Assembly: GCA_963667175.2 (NCBI GenBank)
Contig: CAXXXF010000018.1
Span: forward strand, 1 to 64,000
Direction of reading: 5' to 3'
DNA length: 64,000 bases
Source of the DNA: Candidatus Latescibacterota bacterium
Lineage (GTDB): Bacteria > Latescibacterota > UBA2968 > GCA-2709665
Part shown: positions 59,625 to 64,000 of the stretch, one piece after another
Numbering within the stretch: the first letter of the stretch is position 1
How the letters are laid out: each line of letters opens with the position of its first letter
The notes under the pieces: generated by a model
The model's input: only the letters and a program-made list of their open reading frames with translations
What the model was told of the DNA's origin: nothing
Database searches by the model: none
Translations under genes and position numbers: made by a program

Positions 59625-61160
59625 ACAGCCTGTTGAAAAAGTATGAATTTTCGAAGTCATGGTCAAAAAAGTATTGTTTGTGTCATGTGTTTGTTGGTAA
59701 GATAGAGGAAACGTGCAGTAAGCAGAGAAGTCGAGTGTTGAAGGAGGTCGGTGATGTCGATGAGCAGGCGTCAAGAAAGTCATCAGGAGGAAATGTGGGT
59801 GCCTTCCAGCACGCTGTCCGAGGGTCCTGGGCATCCGTTTTACACGCGCCTGAACAGGCTGCTGTCCGAGGGTGGTTTCGATCCCTTTGTGGAAGGGCAG
59901 TGCGCGCCGTATTACGCGGAGACGTTGGGGCGTCCCAGTATCGTTCCCGGGGTGTATTTCCGCATGCTGATGATCGGCTATTTCGAGGGTTTGAGCTCGG
60001 AGCGGGGCATCGCCTGGCGTGTTGCCGATTCGCTTTGTCTGCGCCGCTTTCTGGGTATTCCCTTGAGCGAATCGCCGCCGGATCACTCGAGTCTGTCGCG
60101 CATAAGGCAGCGCTTGCCGGTGGAGGTGCACGAAGCGGTCTTCACGTTTGTGCTGAAGGTGTTGGTCGGCCACGACCTGCTCAAGGGCAAGACGGTGGCG
60201 GTGGACGCCACCACGCTGGAAGCCAACGCGGCGATGAAAAGCATCGTGCGCCGGGACACGGGCAAAGCCTACCACGAGTACCTGGAAGGGCTGGCCCGGG
60301 CCGAAGGCATCCCAACCCCGACGAAGCAGGACCTGGCCCGGCTCGACAAGAAGCGCACGAATAAGGCTTCCAACAAGGACTGGGAACATCCCCATGATGC
60401 GGATGCCCGCGTTACCAAGATGAAGGACGGACGCACGCATTTGGCTCACAAGGCCGAGCATACGGTCGATCTGGACACTCAGGCGCTGGTGGCCATAACG
60501 GTATGTGGCGCCGATAAAGGGGACACCGAGTCGCTGGGCGGGAGTTTGGACCAAGCCGACCGGAATCTGCAAGCGGTCGGGGACATCGATGACAAGACGG
60601 CACTTCGCGAAGTGGTGGCGGATAAGGGATATCACAGCAATCACACCATGAAGACCTTGAAGACGGCAAAGATCCGCAGCTACGTCTCGGAACCGGATCG
60701 CGGACGGCGAAACTGGAAAAAGGATGCGGCGGCCAAGATGGCGGTGTATGCAAATCGCCGGCGCATACGAGGCGTCCGTGGGCGCGCCGAGGTGGCAGAA
60801 CGCAGTTTTGCGCACACCTATGAAACCGGGGGGATGCGTCGCACGCACCTGCGCGGCCACACCAACATCTACAAACGGCTGTGTATACACGGCGGCGCTT
60901 TCAATCTCTCCCTCGTGATGCGACAGATCACCGGCAAGGGCACCCCGAGGGCGTTGCATGGGTTGCTATCGGCATTCGGCACCTTTGTTCATCGCCTCAA
61001 ACGCGCTCTCGAGGCCCGTAAAACAATTTCACGGCGTCTTTCCGCATTCTTTCCCTATTTGAAAACTTAGTGCCCATTGCCGACACGCAACACACATCAA
61101 ACATACCCTACCCTCTTTTCCACGATTCTTCGCTGAAATCCCGTTTTTTCAACGGACTGC
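59625..61160 (+). mobile_element. Insertion sequence, IS1182/IS5-related (1536 bp), TA target duplication
   Basis: IRs ACAGCCTGTTGAAAAA / TTTTTCAACGGACTGC, flanked by TA at 59623-59624 and 61161-61162. Confidence 0.88.
59751..61070 (+). CDS. DDE transposase (DUF772 N-domain)
   Basis: GRPSIVP, SERGI, PDHSSLSR, VDAT, ADKGY, AERSFA. Confidence 0.9.
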   Translation: MMSMSRRQESHQEEMWVPSSTLSEGPGHPFYTRLNRLLSEGGFDPFVEGQCAPYYAETLGRPSIVPGVYFRMLMIGYFEGLSSERGIAWRVADSLCLRRFLGIPLSESPPDHSSLSRIRQRLPVEVHEAVFTFVLKVLVGHDLLKGKTVAVDATTLEANAAMKSIVRRDTGKAYHEYLEGLARAEGIPTPTKQDLARLDKKRTNKASNKDWEHPHDADARVTKMKDGRTHLAHKAEHTVDLDTQALVAITVCGADKGDTESLGGSLDQADRNLQAVGDIDDKTALREVVADKGYHSNHTMKTLKTAKIRSYVSEPDRGRRNWKKDAAAKMAVYANRRRIRGVRGRAEVAERSFAHTYETGGMRRTHLRGHTNIYKRLCIHGGAFNLSLVMRQITGKGTPRALHGLLSAFGTFVHRLKRALEARKTISRRLSAFFPYLKT

Positions 61161-61162
61161 TA

Positions 61163-61368
61163 AGGCCTGACGCCGTTTGCATCGGCAACTTTCCCTTTGG
61201 CTGCAATTGCAACCTCGCTGCCACAAACTGTGTAACACAACTTACGGTTGCGCCAGTATCAACCAACGCAGGGTACACTTCCTGCGATTGGGGGACAGCC
61301 GCATTTACCACGATAGCAGGCATTATCAATCCGTCATCCCATACAAAACTACCTACCAACACGGGCAT
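61163..61368 (-). pseudogene. Retropepsin-like aspartyl protease truncated by the IS
   Basis: ALVDTGAT motif; the frame runs into the IS end after TASGL. Confidence 0.75.
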
Positions 61369-61606
61369 GAGAAAGAAACCCCATATCTATGATTTGATCG
61401 GTGACTTTCTGGACGGAAAATTCTTCATTGAACATCTTCCGTCCAGCCTGAAAGGCATCGCGGACAGTATCGAAACAAGCGATAACTTCGCCGTTATGCA
61501 TAAGCGCAAATCTGTCTCGATCCGTCCTTAAAAGATCACCCAGTTTCTCCTTAAATGCCTCGTAATTCTTGTCAACTTGCTCGTTCTGAATGGTTGCTGT
61601 CCCCAT
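61349..61606 (-). CDS. Small DUF5678-like protein, partner of the aspartyl protease
   Basis: NYEAFKEKLGDLL...FALMHNGEVIACFDT..DA..AG; overlaps the protease start. Confidence 0.65.
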   Translation of the reverse strand: MGTATIQNEQVDKNYEAFKEKLGDLLRTDRDRFALMHNGEVIACFDTVRDAFQAGRKMFNEEFSVQKVTDQIIDMGFLSHARVGR

Positions 61607-61872
61607 TCTGTGTCTCCTTCCTGAAGAGTTGAAAGGCAAAAAACAACAACCTGCAAATCCCTCGGTTTTATCTCATACGGCCTTCTTGCCCTTTCTCAAA
61701 CCCTTCTGTGCCGCTTTCCCTCGCAACGGTATATCTTGCCCGTCAAGACATCTTTGTACCGCTTGTCATCCGAAAATTTATGATGGCAACCTACAACCCA
61801 CTTACTCGGATCGGACTTCAAGTAGTTCTTGTACTCCAACTCTGAGTTAGAGGGCATAAATTTCGCCCCCTA

Positions 61873-62034
61873 ACAGCCCGTTGAAAGAGTCCATCCGGGC
61901 TACGTCCGGCCCTTGTGACCGAAATACGGCGTTGCGCTCCCTCCCCGAATCCAGGGATGCGCGTCGGTCGCGCGCCTTGTCTTCGGCCACAATGACTCGG
62001 CCTCGCCTGCAGAGCGACTTTTTCAACGGACTGC
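61873..62034. mobile_element. MITE (162 bp) with the same ends as the IS
   Basis: TA-ACAGCCCGTTGAAAGA...TTTTTCAACGGACTGC-TA. Confidence 0.85.
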
Positions 62035-62269
62035 TAACCCGTTTTCCGACACGCCGTTTGCACACCTGGACTTTTCTGCGTAATCCCCTTTTGTAGACGA
62101 TCTTACCGACGCTCTCGTCGATGTTCTGGCACACGCGCCGGTAGACAATCAGCGGTGAAGAATCCAATGCAAATAAAAGATATGAAAGTCGCCTGCAAAG
62201 ACAAGTGGCTATACCTATTTTTTTTTGACATAGCGGCGAAATCAGAAACCAAAAGTCTGTACTCTCCTC

Positions 62270-62948
62270 GCCGACTCCCCCTCAAGGGGGGAGTGATGCG
62301 GAGGTGAGGGGGTGTAATCAGCCCGCGCAAACTGACAGTTTGCGCTACGAAAACGTGGGTAACGCTCGGGGAGCGCTTGCGAATACGAGCGAGTCGAAGG
62401 GCCCTCTGTGTTAAAATAAATGAGGCAGGTTCCCTTCAAGAATTCAGCGATAGTGAACAGGGCGGAGGAGTGCCGAACGATGGGGGATGCATCTGTCGTG
62501 ACGCGTGGGCGAAACAGGATGCAGGACACCGGTACCAGGACGCCTTATTACGAAATTCGAGACACTGACCCTTTACTTAAATCTTTAATTAAGTTTCCAG
62601 TACGCATAGAATCATATTAAAGACAAGTATTTGTAAAATAAAAGGTTTTATGGACTACCTTTCATAAACTACCTCTATACAGCCGCGCTCTATTCTACCA
62701 GAAATTTCTTCCATCGCCGACCCTTCGACTGTTCGAAAAGCTCAGGGCAACGCAGGTTCAGGCATCGGCTCGGGACCCCCCACCGGCGCGGCTGCGGGCT
62801 GGCGCCCTTGCCTTGCCGACTCACCCTCAAGGGGGGAGTGATGCGAAGGTGACGACGCGTAATCAGCGCACGCAAACTGACAGTTTGCGCTACGAAAACG
62901 CGGGTGACGCTCGGGGAGCGCTTTCGAAAATACGAGCGAGTCGAAGCG
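62270..62948. repeat. Two ~130 bp direct repeats (62270-62399, 62815-62948) built from REP-like hairpins
   Basis: CTCCCCCTCAAGGGGGGAG and GCGCAAACTGACAGTTTGCGC palindromes; partial copies at 52641-52697 and about 54066-54150. Confidence 0.75.
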
Positions 62949-63045
62949 CGGCATTTCGCCGACCCTATGACAAGCTAAGGGCAACACAAGTTCAGAGAGC
63001 GGTTCAACGGCTACGCTCAGGGAGCGCTCTCGAGAGGGCCGGGAT

Positions 63046-63828
63046 CTACGGCCAGACCTCGGGGAAGTGTTCTCCGGCCATCCGCGCGCCGTCGGGGACC
63101 TCCACGAAGGGTTTCATGACGTGCTGTCCGGAGGCCACGTAACGCGTTTCCCCGGTCATGTAGTGGATGGCGATGGCGCGGCGGTGGCGGCGGCTGGTAT
63201 TGGCGTGCGACCCGTGCCAGGTCAGCGCGTGGTGGTAGTGCACCTCGCCCTTTTTTACAGGACACCGGACGATTTCCACGCGGCGCCCGTTCCATTCCCC
63301 GGGCATGTCCTCGTAGTTCTCAACCGACCGGATGAAGTCGATCTGGTTTCCCCATTGATGAGACCCGGGGACCATACTCATGCACCCGTTCTCCTCGTCC
63401 ACGTCGTCCAGGGCCACCCAGGCGCTCACCTCCGTCATCGGCTCGATAATCGGCCAGAGGGGCGCGTCCTGGTGCCACATGGTGACGCCGCCCCGTTCCG
63501 CGGGCTTGTACTGGATCTGATCGTGCCACACCCGCAACCGCTTCGCGCGGGTCAACTGCGCCACGTCCTCCACGACCCTGCGCATGCCGATCAGTTCCCT
63601 GAACGGGTCGCTCGCAGCCCAGATATTGACAATCTGCCAGACCGGCGTCTCGGGATTGGGGTTCAGGTTTCGCAGGTGGACCGGCTGCGGCACGTCCGTC
63701 CGGTCTCTGTCGGCGATCACCCGATCCAGTTCACGTCGCAGGGTGTCGACCCGGTCGCCGTCCAGGAGCCGGCCGCCGTTCAGGAAGCCGCGCTCGTGAA
63801 ATTCGGCGATCTGCTCGTGGGTAAGCAT
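63046..63828 (-). CDS. Phytanoyl-CoA dioxygenase (PhyH) family protein
   Basis: WHQD, SAWVALDD...ENGCM..VPGSH, HGSHANTS..HRR. Confidence 0.9.
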   Translation of the reverse strand: MLTHEQIAEFHERGFLNGGRLLDGDRVDTLRRELDRVIADRDRTDVPQPVHLRNLNPNPETPVWQIVNIWAASDPFRELIGMRRVVEDVAQLTRAKRLRVWHDQIQYKPAERGGVTMWHQDAPLWPIIEPMTEVSAWVALDDVDEENGCMSMVPGSHQWGNQIDFIRSVENYEDMPGEWNGRRVEIVRCPVKKGEVHYHHALTWHGSHANTSRRHRRAIAIHYMTGETRYVASGQHVMKPFVEVPDGARMAGEHFPEVWP

Positions 63829-64000
63829 CGTGTATTCCCATTGAAGATGATTCGCGTCAGGTTCCGCTACGGCGTCCCCGACAGTATGGGATGCAGCGGG
63901 TGTTCCCACGGCCCGCCGGCCGTCATTTCGTCTCCGGCGCCGGCCGCTTCCCTTCCTCCGGTGAACCGGACGTAGTCGGGGATGTAGATGATCGCAAACG

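Noticed and set aside
59622-60959. 445 aa minus-strand ORF
   Set aside because: Antisense shadow of the transposase.
62270-63030. CRISPR array
   Set aside because: The repeats are long, degenerate and irregularly spaced, with no cas genes; they are REP/MITE-like.

Overview
Bacterial window with GC-rich housekeeping or catabolic genes at the edges and in the middle. At 1-10.6 kb are a gamma-glutamyltransferase, two enolase-superfamily enzymes, a Zn-dependent dehydrogenase, a metzincin protease and a ceramidase-like protein; at 43-48 kb a TonB-dependent receptor, a ferredoxin and a radical SAM protein; at 63 kb a PhyH dioxygenase. Between them lie two lower-GC accessory/defence regions (about 11-43 kb and 48.5-62.5 kb). 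These carry a fused DUF5131 radical-SAM/TcmP gene plus a second TcmP, a TIR-SLOG-TIR (Thoeris-like) operon, two RES proteins, a type II R-M pair, a single-chain type IIG/ISP-like R-M enzyme, ApeA and three further HEPN-motif proteins, an uncharacterised two-gene module, and a Sir2/Dsr1-like gene split by an ORF-less group II intron inserted antisense. Many toxin-antitoxin loci have lost the toxin but kept the antitoxin. Several cargo blocks are bracketed by diverged duplicates of gene 3' ends. An IS with a cognate MITE and several REP-like repeat families are also present. No rRNA, tRNA or CRISPR array was seen. All family assignments come from reading motifs by eye, not from database searches.
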